Assembly: GCA_964016885.1 (NCBI GenBank)
Contig: OZ024741.1
Span: 344,968,001 to 345,032,000, forward strand
Origin: Eledone cirrhosa
Lineage: Eukaryota
Direction of reading: 5' to 3'
DNA length: 64,000 nucleotides
Positions 39,338-53,926 of this stretch are shown one piece after another. Both the position numbers and the translations under genes were made by a program. A model generated the notes under the pieces. That model saw only the letters and a program-made list of their open reading frames with translations. It was not told the DNA's origin and did not search any database. Every line of letters starts with the position of its first letter. Position 1 is the stretch's first letter.

Positions 39338-40527
39338 GTACACGTACATAGTTAAAGAAATGACACAAACACAGGAATGCAAAAACATAAAGTCTTATTA
39401 GGATCACACTTATATATATAGGTTAATAGAAAAAAAACATAGAGGCACATTTGCTGATATCCCATGAATCATGCATTGAATATTGTAGAATGTAGAGTCT
39501 CACACATGTTTCAATGCATTACATAATATGCCTATGCACTCTGTATTATAGTATAATCCATTACCTCACACTGCTCGATTACATTCAATGTCTCTCTTCA
39601 GAGAATGTCCAGAGGAAAATTATATTAAATACGCACAAAGCTATGGTTCATACACTCATCATCATCATCATCATTTAACGTCTATCTTCCACGCTAGCAT
39701 GGGTTTAGACGGGTAGAGACCCCCTTTGGTCATGAATAAACTATGGGATTTGCACCTAGAAAGTTCCCCTCCGAGGCACAAGTCCGGGCAAGGTTGTTTG
39801 TGGAAGACCAGCAGTCGCCCATGCATACCAGTCTCCCCTCTCCACGCCACTGATGATGTCCAAGGGAAAGGCAATGGCCGATACAGCTTAGCACCAGTGA
39901 CATCGCAACTCATTTCTACAGCCAAGTAAACTGGATCAACATGAAATGAAGGGTCTTGCTGAAGGACACAACACATCACCTGGTCCGAGAATCAAACGCA
40001 CAACCTTTCAATTGCAAGCCCAATGCTCTAACCACTAAGCCATACGCTTCATCCACATACATACCTTCCCATATATATATATATATACACATATCACCAT
40101 ACATACACCTTCGTTTACAAATGCATGCATGCAGGTATACATACATTTTTTTTTCTAATCACATAATACATGAATACACACACATCTGTATGGGGTATCC
40201 GAGAAGTGTGAGATGTTAGTGGCATGACCAGTGTTCTTGAATTTGGACAATGAGCAGTGTGCATGAATCACTAGGTACATGAGGAGTGGTCACAGGTCTA
40301 AATCTATGCATATATATAAACATATATATCAGATAGGGTGTGATAAAAAAAAAACCAGGTGGACCATAACCCACCAGAGTACTCGATACTTGGGGTAGTA
40401 GAGTGGGTAATACGGAAATATTCAGGACCCCGATTGTTTAGTTCCAGCCGTATCGACAGCTAGATCCGAACTGTTCAGATCTAGCTGGTGAACCAGCCAG
40501 AGCTCACCCATCGGGGATCCTGAATCT

Positions 40528-40593
<66 letters not shown>

Positions 40594-41338
40594 AGATTCA
40601 GGACCCCCGATGGGTGAGCTCTGTTTGACAATCGCCACAGACAGACGAATGCGAGAAAGTTCTCCAACCCAAGTTAACCAGGAATCTCTAAACTTCTTCC
40701 CACCGAAGTTAACAAAGACCTTACTGGATCTACCAACTCATAATATTATAATATTATAGAATTAAATAAAAAGAAATGTTTAACACTACAAGTGAAGTCA
40801 TTCTTTTCCTTTTTTTTAAATATACCTAACTGTACCAAGGCTCTCACACATTTTCCAATATATATATATAACTTTGATAGGTTTTGGCTAGTGTTGGCTC
40901 AGGCCATATCTAGCTTAATGTTTTGCAGTATTTGTTCTAAATCATCCCATTCTGATTTCAAATCCAGCTAAGGTTGACATTGCCTTTCTTCCTTCTGGAG
41001 TTAACAAAAAATAAAGTACCAGTAAAGTACTGGGCTTGCCCCTTCCTACAAATTGCTGGTCTTGTGCCTAAATTATTTCAATTTTGTGTTTTGTTTGCCT
41101 CAATGTAAAAGGTTCTTTTGAATGAAATATAGCTTCAGCTAATTCTTAATGTATATAGATTGGTTAAATATAATAATATAATAATAATGAAATGATTGTG
41201 TACAGTGCTCAGGTACACTACAACTCATCAAAGGTGCATGTATAGTACATGGAATAATGTACGAATAATATAAATTATTGATCTTGGTTTTAATGTTATT
41301 TCTGTATGGATGGAGCCATATTTTACACAAATACACAC

Positions 41339-41505
<167 letters not shown>

Positions 41506-42687
41506 ATGACACACACAGTAAATGTGGTTGGTATTAGGAAAGCATCCAGTTGTAGAAACCAAGCCAGAAACAGTTCTGTATGAGCAAGACACGGTCACCT
41601 GACCCAACTTGCATCAAACAGGACAACCTATCTAACACATGCTAGTGTGAAAAATAGATGTGAACCCTTTAGCATTTGCATTATTCTCTATATACTATTG
41701 TATTTTCGTAGTAAAGGCTTTATCTTACATTATTATCAAATTTACAGGGTGTGAATTGGCAGTATCGGTAGAGGGTCGGACGCTATGCTTTGACGCATAG
41801 AGTTACGGCCCTTGCCATTCTGAGTTCGAATCCCATCGAGGTTAACTTTGCCTTTCATCCTTACGGGGTCGATAAAATAAAGTACCAGTAATGCACTGGG
41901 TAATTGCTGGCCTTGTGCCAAAAAGTAGAAACAATTATTATCAAATTTACAGAATATCAAATTTATGAGATTTTGATATTCATTTTAAGAACAATACTTA
42001 ACATTGGTATGAGTGGCCGGTTATGGCCGGTTTGAACAGCAGAGGTGAGAGAATTCTGGCCGGATACAGCCAGTTTGAATGCTAAAGGGTTAAACAATGA
42101 TGATGATGCATAACACCCCAACATCATTGTTATACTTTTAACATTTACCATTCAATTCACATTGTGGTAGACTTCAATCAAAACACTATTTTCTACACTT
42201 TTCACAAAGCTTCAAACAAACTACAACACATACACACACACATGTGCAGTGTTTGCAGTGTAAAGACTAAGAAGACCACAAATTTGAGTAGTACTCTATG
42301 GATGATGGAATACAGAGGGGGTATATTGAAGTGGTAGAATCCTGACCACAAAGCCCTGCTTGTTCAGTCAAGCTGAACCATAGGGCTCATAGTCTAGATG
42401 CTACTGTTTGAATATATATATAAATATATATGATGGATACACACCATCACTCACATTACATCAGTTTTTATCTGCATTTTTGGCTGACAAATGCAAGGGA
42501 GATAATCTCATTTGTTTAAAGGGAAATAAATTTGGTGAAATATTTTTTCAGGTGATAATTTCAGATCAACGAAATGGAAATATTTAGTTAAAATGTTGAA
42601 AAAGAAAATAATATAAAAACAAAGTAAAGAAATAAACGATATTTAATTTTCAGTAAGTTTAATACATGTGTATGTGTGCCAGTGATG

Positions 42688-43012
42688 CAGACCTGTTAAC
42701 TCCTCCCATCCGACAGGGAGATCTCCCACCCACTTTGGATATAGCTTTCATTATATAAAAGGGCGGTGAATTGGCAGTATCGGTAGAGGGTTGGACGCCA
42801 TGCTTTCTAGCATAGTTACGTCCCTTTACAGTCTGAGTTCAAATCCCGCCGAGGTTAACTTTGCCTTTCATCCTTACAGGGTCAATAAAATAAAGTACCA
42901 GTAATGTACTGGGTAATTGCTGTCCTTGTGCCTAAAGTAGAAACAATTATATAAAATCTCCCCATTATGCCCCATTTCTCCCCATTTGGGTTTTTAGAGG
43001 TTGGCAGGTCTG
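42688..43012. mobile_element. hAT-like MITE with nested SINE
   Basis: CAGACCTGTTAAC ... GTTGGCAGGTCTG termini; SINE at about 42760-42950. No clean 8-bp TSD seen. Confidence 0.5.
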
Positions 43013-43495
43013 GTGATATTGCGTTTATGTTGAGAAATTTGATCTAACCACAGTTTTCTGAACAACATTAGTTTGAAATACACATACCTAAATACATACA
43101 CAAACATATATCTGTATGGCCATCCATTGGTATTAACAGATTGAGGAAAAAATTAAGCATCATAGTAAAATATAGTATCTTATTTAGTTGATCTTATAGT
43201 TTGTTATCATAGTAGTTAATCTTATAGTCTGTTATACCAGACATACTTTGCTGTGTAGTTGTTCTGACATGAAAAATGGTCCAATTTTTCTCCCATGTAA
43301 GGAACTGACTACACATCAAGGAAACTCCAGAATAACAGGATCAGCCAAAATTATATATATATATATCTGTGCGTGTGTGTGTGTGTATATAATTTTGGCT
43401 GATCCTGTTATTCTGGAGTTTATATATATATATGTGTGTGTATATATATATATATAGAGAGAGAGAGAGTCTCATGGATATAACCTCCCAGTGTT

Positions 43496-43585
<90 letters not shown>

Positions 43586-43714
43586 GTGTGTGTGTGTGTA
43601 TAATTTTGGCTGATCCTGTTATTCTGGAGTTTATATATATATATGTGTGTGTATATATATATATAGAGAGAGAGAAAGTCTCATGGATATAACCTCCCAG
43701 TGTTCAACAACTAT

Positions 43715-43762
<48 letters not shown>

Positions 43763-44664
43763 ATTGTCAGAAGTAAAAAAATGTTGTTCATCACTCGGGT
43801 CAAAAATGGTTTATAATTTGAATCTACCACTTTTGTTTTTCACGGGGAAGTTGAAAGCACTAGTCAAATTGTAAAATAAAACATTTTATTATATTCTGGA
43901 CCCGAGTGACAAGTGATAAACAGTGTTTTATTATTTTTTCTTTCTTCTGGCAATTATACACACACACACACACATTCACACATATTCATCACACTGACAG
44001 ATAAACATTTATGATTTTCCATTGCTTGATTTCAATGTTGGTGTTGTTGTCCTTGTTTTCTTGTGGTATCACTAATGTTGATGTTACCCTTATCACAAAT
44101 CACCATATAGCTACTCTTAGATTCACTCTCTTTACCCAACCTTTTTCCTTTCCATTTGCCCCCCCCCCCCCAAAAGAAAAAATCTATCCCTTCTCTCTCT
44201 CTCTCACTATGTTTCTTTCACACATACACACACACACACACTAACTTGGTCATTTGTCATCTCTCTCTATACATTTTCCTATCTATCTATCTGTCCACAT
44301 ATCTACCTACCTACGTATCTATCTAGCTATCTGAAAGATATCTACCTACCTACCTACTTATCTACCTACTTGCCTATCTATCTATCTATATATCTATCTG
44401 TCTACTTCTCTATCTATCTATCTACATCTACCTATCTGTCTACCTGTCTATCTATCTATCTACCTGTCTATCTACCTGCCTATCTATCTATCTCTGTTGC
44501 TGATGTTTTATGTTGATTTTTCTTTTTTTGCTGCTGTTGATGTTTTATTTTTGCTGCTGCTGATTGCTGATGATGCTGTTTGCTGCTGCTGCTGATGCTG
44601 CTGTTGTTACAATGTATTGACAATGTTTCTGTTTGCTTTCCGTTTGGTCTTGGCCTATTGTTAG

Positions 44665-44808
44665 ATGTCCCACCCCAGGCTGTGACGGCACAGGACATAT
44701 TACGGGCAATTATTCCTCTCACCGCAGTCTGTCGGGCTGCCCACGGGCAGCCAAGCTAAAGAAAATTCTTGGAAAAGATGGTGAACGCAAAGACGACGAG
44801 CCACTGAG
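44665..44808 (+). CDS. MYT1L: MYT1-family exon, C2HC zinc finger [49 protein letters not shown]
   Basis: ttgttAG acceptor and AG|gtaggt donor, 144 nt, phase 2/2. Not in the ORF track; translated by hand. Confidence 0.96.
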
Positions 44809-45514
44809 GTAGGTTTTTTTATTCTTGTTTGTTTGTTTGTTTGTCATTTTATGAATTTTTTTGTTTCTTTTGATTTTTTTAACTAATTTGAAAAAAAAAA
44901 GAAATTATTTACTCATTAATTTTAAAAAAGCAATTAATTAATACAATTAATTAATTTCAAACTTTTAAAATTAATTTCAAATTCAAAAAAAAAATTAATT
45001 TCAAATTTTAAAAGCTAAATTGAAATTAGTAATGAATTTCGAATTTAAAATTAATTTTTAAGTTTTGATTAAGAAATAATTTATTAATTGGTCTGTTAAG
45101 TTTTTGTGGTCGTGGCGGTGAATGAATCTGCTGGATTCTGGCCAATTCTAAATGTATATTCACAGACACTCACATACAGATATATGCAAACACACATGCC
45201 AACACCTACTTACATAGACTGACACATATGTGCATGCACACATACACACACTGACACATTCACAGAAATACATTCATCAATTTTTAAATATTTCATTTGT
45301 AAACAAAATTATATATAGATTGAGAGACATATCGAGACTTATATGAATAGACACAGACACAAATGCAAACATTTATAAATTTTCAGCCAAACACACCACA
45401 CATACATTCCTCTATAGGTAGATGTGTTAGGTTAGTATATATATATATATAAATATAATTATGTGTGTGGCAATATGGGTGTATGCATGTATGTACACAT
45501 ATATATTATATGTA

Positions 45515-45614
<100 letters not shown>

Positions 45615-45744
45615 CATACATATATATATATAGAGAGAGAGAGATAGAGAGGAAGAGATACACACTTATATATTTATAAATATATATATATATATATATA
45701 CTTACATGCATACTTACATACATACATGCATGCACGCACACCCG

Positions 45745-45776
<32 letters not shown>

Positions 45777-46290
45777 ATCTCTTGATGCTTCATATTGTGT
45801 TTTATCTGTATGCTTCAGTTATGTTTCTGCTTATTTCACTTTTGTTGTAGTTTTTTGTGAAAACATTTTTTGTTTCTATTTCGATTTTGTAAAATATTTA
45901 TTTATTTATTCATTTATTTACATATTATTTTCATTTTCTTCTTCTTTTCTTCCATATTAAATTAAAAGGGATGGGGTGTGTTGTAATACAGAATGCTGTT
46001 TCTAACTTTTACATATGGCTAGGTTAGAAGCATGGTGTGTAAGAAGATATCAACAAGATATCATTTATCATATATATATATATATATATATTTTTTTTTT
46101 TCTCCCCTTTTTTTCTCTCTTTCTCTCTTCTTTTCCACCTGGCCTTTTGATTAACAAAAGGCCTTGGGCGCACCCAAACTACACTGATGTCCTGTAATTT
46201 AGCACCGAAACAACGGTTCGGGAAACATTTGCAGCTGACGATGGAAACTCCTTTCTTCCTGTCTCCTCCTGTTCCATCCTAACCACCATC

Positions 46291-46336
<46 letters not shown>

Positions 46337-47080
46337 CATACATACATACATATATATATATAGAGAGAGAGAGATAGAGTATATATATATACAAGGGGGC
46401 ACATGGGCCACATGGCTTAGTGGTTAGAGCATTGGTCTTGCATTCGGAAGGTTGTGAGTTCAATTCTCAGACTGGGTGATGGGTTGTTTCCTTGAGCAAG
46501 ACACTTTATTTCACATTGCTCCAGTTTACTCAGCTGTAGAAATGAGATGATAGGGACTGAGGTCCATATCATTCCACTGCAAAGTGGTCGTAGAGGTGCC
46601 ATGGCAAAAAAGCGCCCACCACTCACTGTAAATGAGGTTGGTGTTAGGAAGGGCATCCAGCTGTAGAAATCAAGCCAGAATCAGTTCCTGTCCCACTCTT
46701 GCAAGCAGGGAAAAAGCGGACGTAAAATGAACTGATGAAATGATGATGATATATATATATATATATATAATATATATATTATTAGTACAGATTAAAGTTT
46801 AAGCAAAGAATCACTGCTTTCACCCTATTGAGTGATTCTTTACTTAAACTTTCATTTGTACTAATAATAAATATTTGCTCTATGGGTTTATATATACTCT
46901 TTTATATATACAATCCTTATCAAACTCTCTTCAGATTTTGGTCTTCATATTTATTATTATTATATATATGTATATATATATATATATAGACAATAGCCCT
47001 AAGATATATATGCAAATGGACATCTCATGCCAAATCTATTTAAGCACTTGTCTATTTTCATCTCAGTACGGGTTGAATCA

Positions 47081-47114
47081 TGTCACTGATGGTCACTGAA
47101 ACAGCTGTCTGACA
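47081..47114 (+). ncRNA. Hammerhead relic with stem II deleted
   Basis: TGTCA CTGATG GTCACT GAAA CAGCTG TC TGACA. Confidence 0.55.
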
Positions 47115-47440
47115 TTCTCAGTGGCTGTAGAGCTGTCTGTGACATGTTCACTGAGCAAAAGAGAGACAAATAGTTTATTGATATGAAACATTATTTTTCT
47201 TTGATATCGAGGCTCTTATATGTTCTTGTATACATACATAGTATATGCTTTCATACACACCCCTAATATATATGTGTGTGTGTGTTTGTGCATACATACT
47301 TGTGTAATATATATATATATACACACACACACACATGTATATACATTTTAGATTTTGCTTCTGTGCATAGTGATGTTATGTCTGAAGAGTATCATACTGT
47401 TGAAGCCGAATAGCAATAATAAAAACATACACACACACAC

Positions 47441-47487
<47 letters not shown>

Positions 47488-47529
47488 CGAAACATAAGTC
47501 AATTGCATGAACTCATAATCCTTTATTTA

Positions 47530-47583
47530 CTGCTATATATATTTCGATGATAGCCATTGAATGGCTATGACCTCATCAGGCAG
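47530..47583 (-). ncRNA. Minimal type I hammerhead ribozyme
   Basis: Minus strand: CTGC CTGATGA GGTCATAGCCATT-C-AATGGCTATCATC GAA ATATATAT A GCAG, followed by TAAATAAA. Confidence 0.82.
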
Positions 47584-47873
47584 TTAGTCAGTTCTTAGAT
47601 ATGCCAGCTCTGTGTGTATAGTGTTGATGGTATCAGAGCCTTGGGACATATGAGCTTGTTAGGAATACTTTGATGTTGTCAGCAGGAATGGTCTTAGTTC
47701 TCATTTGTCAGTTTGTAGATGGTAGTAGGTTGGTATTTGACCTCAAAGAGGCAAGTGGTTCTGTGAGGTTCAAACCGTCAGGAAGATGACAATAGTTCCA
47801 CAAGACTGATTTTCACAAAAGGCATTCTTGGTCAGATATATTTTCAAATAAGGTTAATAGTATGAAATAGAGT

Positions 47874-47915
<42 letters not shown>

Positions 47916-47947
47916 TACACAGGTGTGTATGATTGTGTATAGAAGAT

Positions 47948-48325
47948 TATATTAATAAAAGGAATTCCAACTTTGTCTGATTTACTCATTTTATTTACAA
48001 TCCTTTAAAATTTATAATGGTATTAGAATGAAATAGTATGGTAGAATGTTAAGTGTTAATTGAACAAGTACTTTCATGCTTTCGCAATCTTCAGGTTCAT
48101 ATTCTGTGGTGACAGTCAAGTTTGCAATTTTCAACAGTTGAAAATTGCAAACTTGACTGTCACCACAGAATATGAACCTGACGATTGTGAAAGCATGAAA
48201 GTACTTGTTCAATTAACACTTAACATTTAATATTCTACCATACTATTTCATTCTAATACCATTATAAATTTTAAAGGATTGTAAATAAAATGAGTAATCA
48301 GACAAAGTTGGAATTCCTTTTATTA

Positions 48326-48330
<5 letters not shown>
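47948..48330. repeat. Long near-perfect palindrome, about 190-bp arms, centre about 48135
   Basis: AAAAGGAATTCCAACTTTGTCTG...TTTTCAAC A GTTGAAAA...CAGACAAAGTTGGAATTCCTTTT. Confidence 0.95.
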
Positions 48331-48357
<27 letters not shown>

Positions 48358-48379
48358 ATATGGATAACTATATATTTAT

Positions 48380-48437
<58 letters not shown>

Positions 48438-48527
48438 CCATATATATATATATATATATATATATTTATCCATATATATATATATATATATATTTATCCA
48501 TATATATATATATATATATATATTTAT

Positions 48528-48605
<78 letters not shown>

Positions 48606-49097
48606 CCATATATGTATATATATATATATATATTTATCCATATATATATATATATATATAATAAAATATAGAGAAAAATACTGCAGGTAGCGCATGGATA
48701 ACATGTAATAAAATGAGCCCCTCATCAGTGATTTGCCGACGATCATAGATATTTCATTGCATTAAAAATCATATACCTCACGTCGGTGCAATAATAACCA
48801 AAATAAGTTATTAGGACAATTGAAACGCGTAAAGCGAGTGAGACAGGAGAACAACAAAGAGTATAGCTAACCGTAGGGGAAAGAAACAAGCTTCAAAATT
48901 ATTCTGTTTAGCATAAGCTAGGTGAATATATGAGCGCTTTTAGAAAACAGACCTGACACGAACGATGGCCATGTGAGAAGAGAGAAAAATAGCCTTCGTG
49001 GTGTACAGGATGAAATGAAGAGAAGAGAAACAGTGAGTGAGTGAAAGTGTGAGGAAGAGTTAACTGACATGACAGAGGGGGATATATATATATTTAT

Positions 49098-49137
<40 letters not shown>

Positions 49138-49158
49138 CCATATTATATATATAGTTAT

Positions 49159-49207
<49 letters not shown>

Positions 49208-49825
49208 ATATAGTATAACAATTTATGAATTTAAAATAGATGCCTGATGGAAAGCTGACTTATTACTGATCTTGCTATCGAACCCAAACCATGAAACTTA
49301 AGGTAGCATTACAAATGTATGAGTGTACAATTCATAATAAATTAGCCCTGTTTTTAATTATAGACTATATTCTTTTATTATTATTATTATTATTGACTCT
49401 GAAGGCAGTGGATTGTCAGTATCGTAACTCTATGCTTTGCAGCATAGAGTTACGTCCCCTTATGATCTGCGGTTAACTTTGCCTTTCATCCTTATAGGGT
49501 CGATAAAATAAAGCACCAGTCACACACTGGGGTCAATTTAATCGACTTTCCCCTCCCCCAAAATTGCTGGCCTTGTGCCTATATGAGAAATCATTATTGT
49601 TATTGGCTCTCTCAATACATATACAGCCTGAGAATGTCCCATGCAAGTAATTAGTGCAGGTTGATGGTGACCTATTTACAAACATGTATGTGGCATAACT
49701 CTTCCTTGAATACTCTGGGGCTGGTGTTTATTTCGATTTATAATTGACTTTGGTTTAATTCCGGTTTTATTTATGTTCAACTTAAAGTAATTGACTGCTT
49801 GTTAGATATTTACATTTGGGGTCTT

Positions 49826-49893
<68 letters not shown>

Positions 49894-50822
49894 TCCCCCC
49901 ATGAATGCATACACACTTCAACAGCATTCTAATAAATGTTGCCTATATACGTAATCAAAGTATGTATACATTTGTTGGGTGACACCCTGTATATATATAT
50001 TGAGGGTAGTACTCTATGCATGGGAAGGAGCAGAGTGGGTATAAAGGAAGGTATAAACCTGATTGTGATACCTAGCGGTTTTGGCTTGTATGTAGCAAGC
50101 TTTCTCATGGGTATATATAATATATATATATATATATATTCCTAATGTTTGTTGAGTGAGTTGGAATTTGGCCGGAGTATCGCTATTAGCTTTCTCCAAT
50201 TATGTATTTATATATATATATATATATTATTATTATTATTATTATTAAAGGTTATCTTTGCCTTTTGTCCTTACGGGGTTGATAAAATAAAGCACCAGTA
50301 ACGTACTGGGGTCGATTTGATTGACTTTCCCCTCCCCCCAAATTACTGGCCTTGTGCCTATACTAGAAATCATTATTATTATTATTAGCTTTAGAGTGAA
50401 AGCAGAAAATGTTTGCTTAAACTTTTAATCTGCGCTAATAATAAATATTCATTCTTTCTGGTTTATATACACTTATATATACAAGCCTTATCGAGTCCTT
50501 CCTGGATTTTGATCTTTGTATTTATTCTTACTACTATATATATGTGTGTGTAATTGTGTAGATACATATTAATAACAAAAGTATATACCTATAACACATT
50601 TAATAAAAGGCAAGTCTGTGTGAGACGATGCAAAATATTCATAATCCTTGATCATGATTTGACTGAGGATAAATAAATGTCTTTTACCATGCCCTTAGCC
50701 TGATCTAAGCCTTGTGTAGATCGAAACAGTATTGAAACTGTATTGAAACCAGTATTATTTGACAAAACTTATATCCATTTAATGTAAAATTTATTCTGTC
50801 TGATTAAAGAAAAAAATAATCT

Positions 50823-51040
50823 TTAACCCTTTAGCATTTAAACCGGCCATATCTGGCCAGAATTCTCTCACCTCTTTCTGTTCAAACCAGCCACTCATAT
50901 TGACATTAAGGTATTGTTCTTAAAATAAATAATATCAAAATCTTGTAGATTCAATATTATATGGGATAATTATGTGAAATAAAGCCTTTGATATGAAAAT
51001 ACACTTGTAAATATAGAGTAGTATAAATGCTAAAGGGTTA
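50823..51040. mobile_element. piggyBac-type MITE; other copies at about 52537-52748, 41663-42093 (reverse, SINE inserted) and 12760-13467 (SINEs inserted)
   Basis: TTAA-CCCTTTAGCATTTA ... TAAATGCTAAAGGG-TTAA termini. Shared internal GGCCAGAATTCTCTCACCTC. Confidence 0.8.
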
Positions 51041-51159
51041 AATATCCCAGGAAGATAAGTTACAAAGATTGAATTTTGAACATATACGAATAGACACTAG
51101 GAAAAGTAAAAAAATAGTAATGATAGTGGTGGTATTTTGTCATGGTTAACAATAGCCAG

Positions 51160-52185
51160 ATTTCTGAGCATGTAAGAGTCGGACATCATCCTTTGCAGCA
51201 TAGAGTTATGGCCCTTTGCGTTCTGAGATCAAATCCCACCGAGGTTAGCTTTGCCTTTCATTCTTACGGGGTCGATAAAATAAAGTACCAGTAATGCACT
51301 GGGGGTCGATTTAATTGACTTTCCCCTTTCCCCTAATTGCTGGCCTTGTGCCAATAGTAGAAATCATTGTGGTGGATTGGCAGTATCAGTAGAGGGTCGG
51401 ACGCCATGCTTTCCAGCATAGTTACGCCCCTTTACGGTCTGAGTTCAAATCCCGCCGAGGTTTACTTTGCCTTTCATCCTTACGGGGTCGATAAAATAAA
51501 GTACCAGTAATGCACTGGATTATTGCTGGCCTTGTGCCTAAAGTAGAAACAATTATTATTATTAATCTGTGGTGGATTGGCAGTATCGGTAGAGTGTCAG
51601 GCAAACTGCTTTGTGGTGTTTAGTTACGACTTTCTACATTCTGAGTTCAAATTCTGCTGGGGTTAGTTTTGTCTTTCATCCTTACAAACTCGATAAAATA
51701 AAACATACTGGGGTCAACTTACCCCTTCCCAAAAATAATGACTTTTTCCCCAAAATAGGCCTTTTGCCTAAATCAAAAACTATTATTATGGCGGTGATTT
51801 GGCAGTATCGGTAGAGGGTCGGACGCCATGCATTGACGCACAGAGTTATGGCCCTTGCCATTCTGAGTTCAAATCCCGCCGAGGTTAACTTTGCCTTTCA
51901 TCCTTACAGGTTCGATAAAATAAAGTACCAGTAATACACTGGGTAATTGCTGGCCTTGTGCCAAAAGTAGAAATAATTATTATTATTGATATCTGGACCT
52001 GGATTGGCAGTATTGGTAGAGGGTCAGACAGCATGCTTTGCAGCATAGAGTTACGGCCCTTTATGATCTGATTTCAAATCCGCTGAGGTTAATTTTGCCT
52101 TTCATCCTTACGGGGTCGATAAAATAAAGTACCAGTCATGCACTGGGTAATTTGCTGGCCTTGTGCCTAAAGTAGAAATAATTAT
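51160..52185 (+). mobile_element. Cluster of about 5 family A SINEs
   Basis: Five consecutive head-to-tail copies. Confidence 0.85.
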
Positions 52186-53769
52186 TAATATCTGGACCAC
52201 CAAAAATCCTCCATATCAACCCTGTGTCATTTTCTCTTTTATTCCATTCTTTTCAAGATACAGATTGCTTTTATATATTTCTTGCAACCACTCAGTCTTC
52301 CTTACAACTCCTCCTATGTCATCATTCCTTCACTATCAATAAACTGTTCTGAACCACCACCATTACAAACTTATTACTAATTTGCCTGTATGGATTATCT
52401 CAAATTTCTATTTTAACCATGCCATAACTCCTACATCAACACTATCCCATGCCCATTGACTTCATATGCCATGTCCTTCTCTCTTTTCATTGCCCCAATT
52501 TCTTTTATTCCTTCATTTCTAAACTCAACCTTCCTTTAACCCTTTAGCATTGAAACCGGCCGTATCCGGCCAGAATTCTCTCACCTCTTTCTGTTCAAAC
52601 TGACTGTAATCGGCCGCTCATACCAATGTTAAGGTATTGTTCTCAAGAAATAAAACATCAAAATCTCATAGCTTCGATATTATGAGGTAAATTCTTTACT
52701 GTAAAAATACAATAGTAAATATAGAGTAATGTGAATGTTAAAGGGTTAACCCATTATTCCTGCTTCCTGTTCCTCTACTTCCCTTTCTAATACTCCATCA
52801 TTCATTTCCTCCCATTGCTGTCTTAGTCAAACTTCTCCCATTCCCTTTTTTTCCCATGCATATCCACTTCACTTTCAGACCTTTTCTCTCTTCCTTCCTT
52901 TCTCTTCTCTCTCTATTTCCTCATATTTACTCGTCAATTCACCTTTTTTTTTCTGATTCTACACTCTTCTGCTTCTCTGTCATATCACCACTAGTGCTTC
53001 AGATCTTCATCTCTGAGGATGCCTAACAAACAAATGCACGGTTTACTGAAACTTGATAGCCATATTGTAAGAATATGTTTATATGAATATTATATATATA
53101 TGCATATATGTGTCTGTGTACGTGTGTGAGTATGTGTGTGTCCAGAATTAACATGTGAGACAAATGGGGGCAGAAAACTTGGAGAAGACAGACATATGGA
53201 CAATTCCCACTCATCAGCTGTCTATTGCTTTGGAGGCTTCAAAAGGCAGTACTACTCTTCTCAGGGCACCAATAGTCTTTAAAGGCAGAAAATTCTTCAG
53301 CATACAAACACATTGGATACTGGACAAGAGAACAACAGTCCAAATCAGGTTTTTTTCTACCCAGTAGACAGGGAAATTATACAAAAAAATGTACATACCA
53401 ACACAGGGGCAGGAAAATTCCAAAGATAAAAGGTAACATACAAATGAAGGAAGGTAATATATAAATCATCATTATTATCATAATTGTTTAACGTCCATTT
53501 TTCTACACTAGCAGGGATTAGACAAGTTGTCACCATTGTGAGACACATCAGAGCAGATGACCATGTATGGCTCCTACCAAAGAGTTTCTGGCTTGGTTTC
53601 TATGGCTGGATGCCTTTCCTCAAACCAACCGCATTTACAGTGTAGACTAAGTGCTTTTTATCGAGGCACCAAAACAATCACTTTACAGTATGGACTGGTT
53701 GATTTTGTTGTCACTAACATGACCACTTTACAGTGTAGACTGGAAGCATTTTGATGATGATGATGATGT

Positions 53770-53833
<64 letters not shown>

Positions 53834-53886
53834 GTGGAGAAGTAAATAAAGGAGAACAGACCGTTAAAACATGTTTATTTAAAACA

Positions 53887-53926
53887 GCACCTACGTACGT
53901 TTCGCCCGAATGGGCTTCTCAAGGGC
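53887..53926 (-). ncRNA. Minimal type I hammerhead ribozyme (U3-A8 core variant)
   Basis: Minus strand: GCCC TTGAGAA GCCC-ATTC-GGGC GAAA CGTACG TA GGTGC. Confidence 0.8.

Noticed and set aside
48665-48735. CTGATGA on the minus strand in a TA-bounded island
   Set aside because: No GAAA or stem III half, so not counted as a hammerhead.
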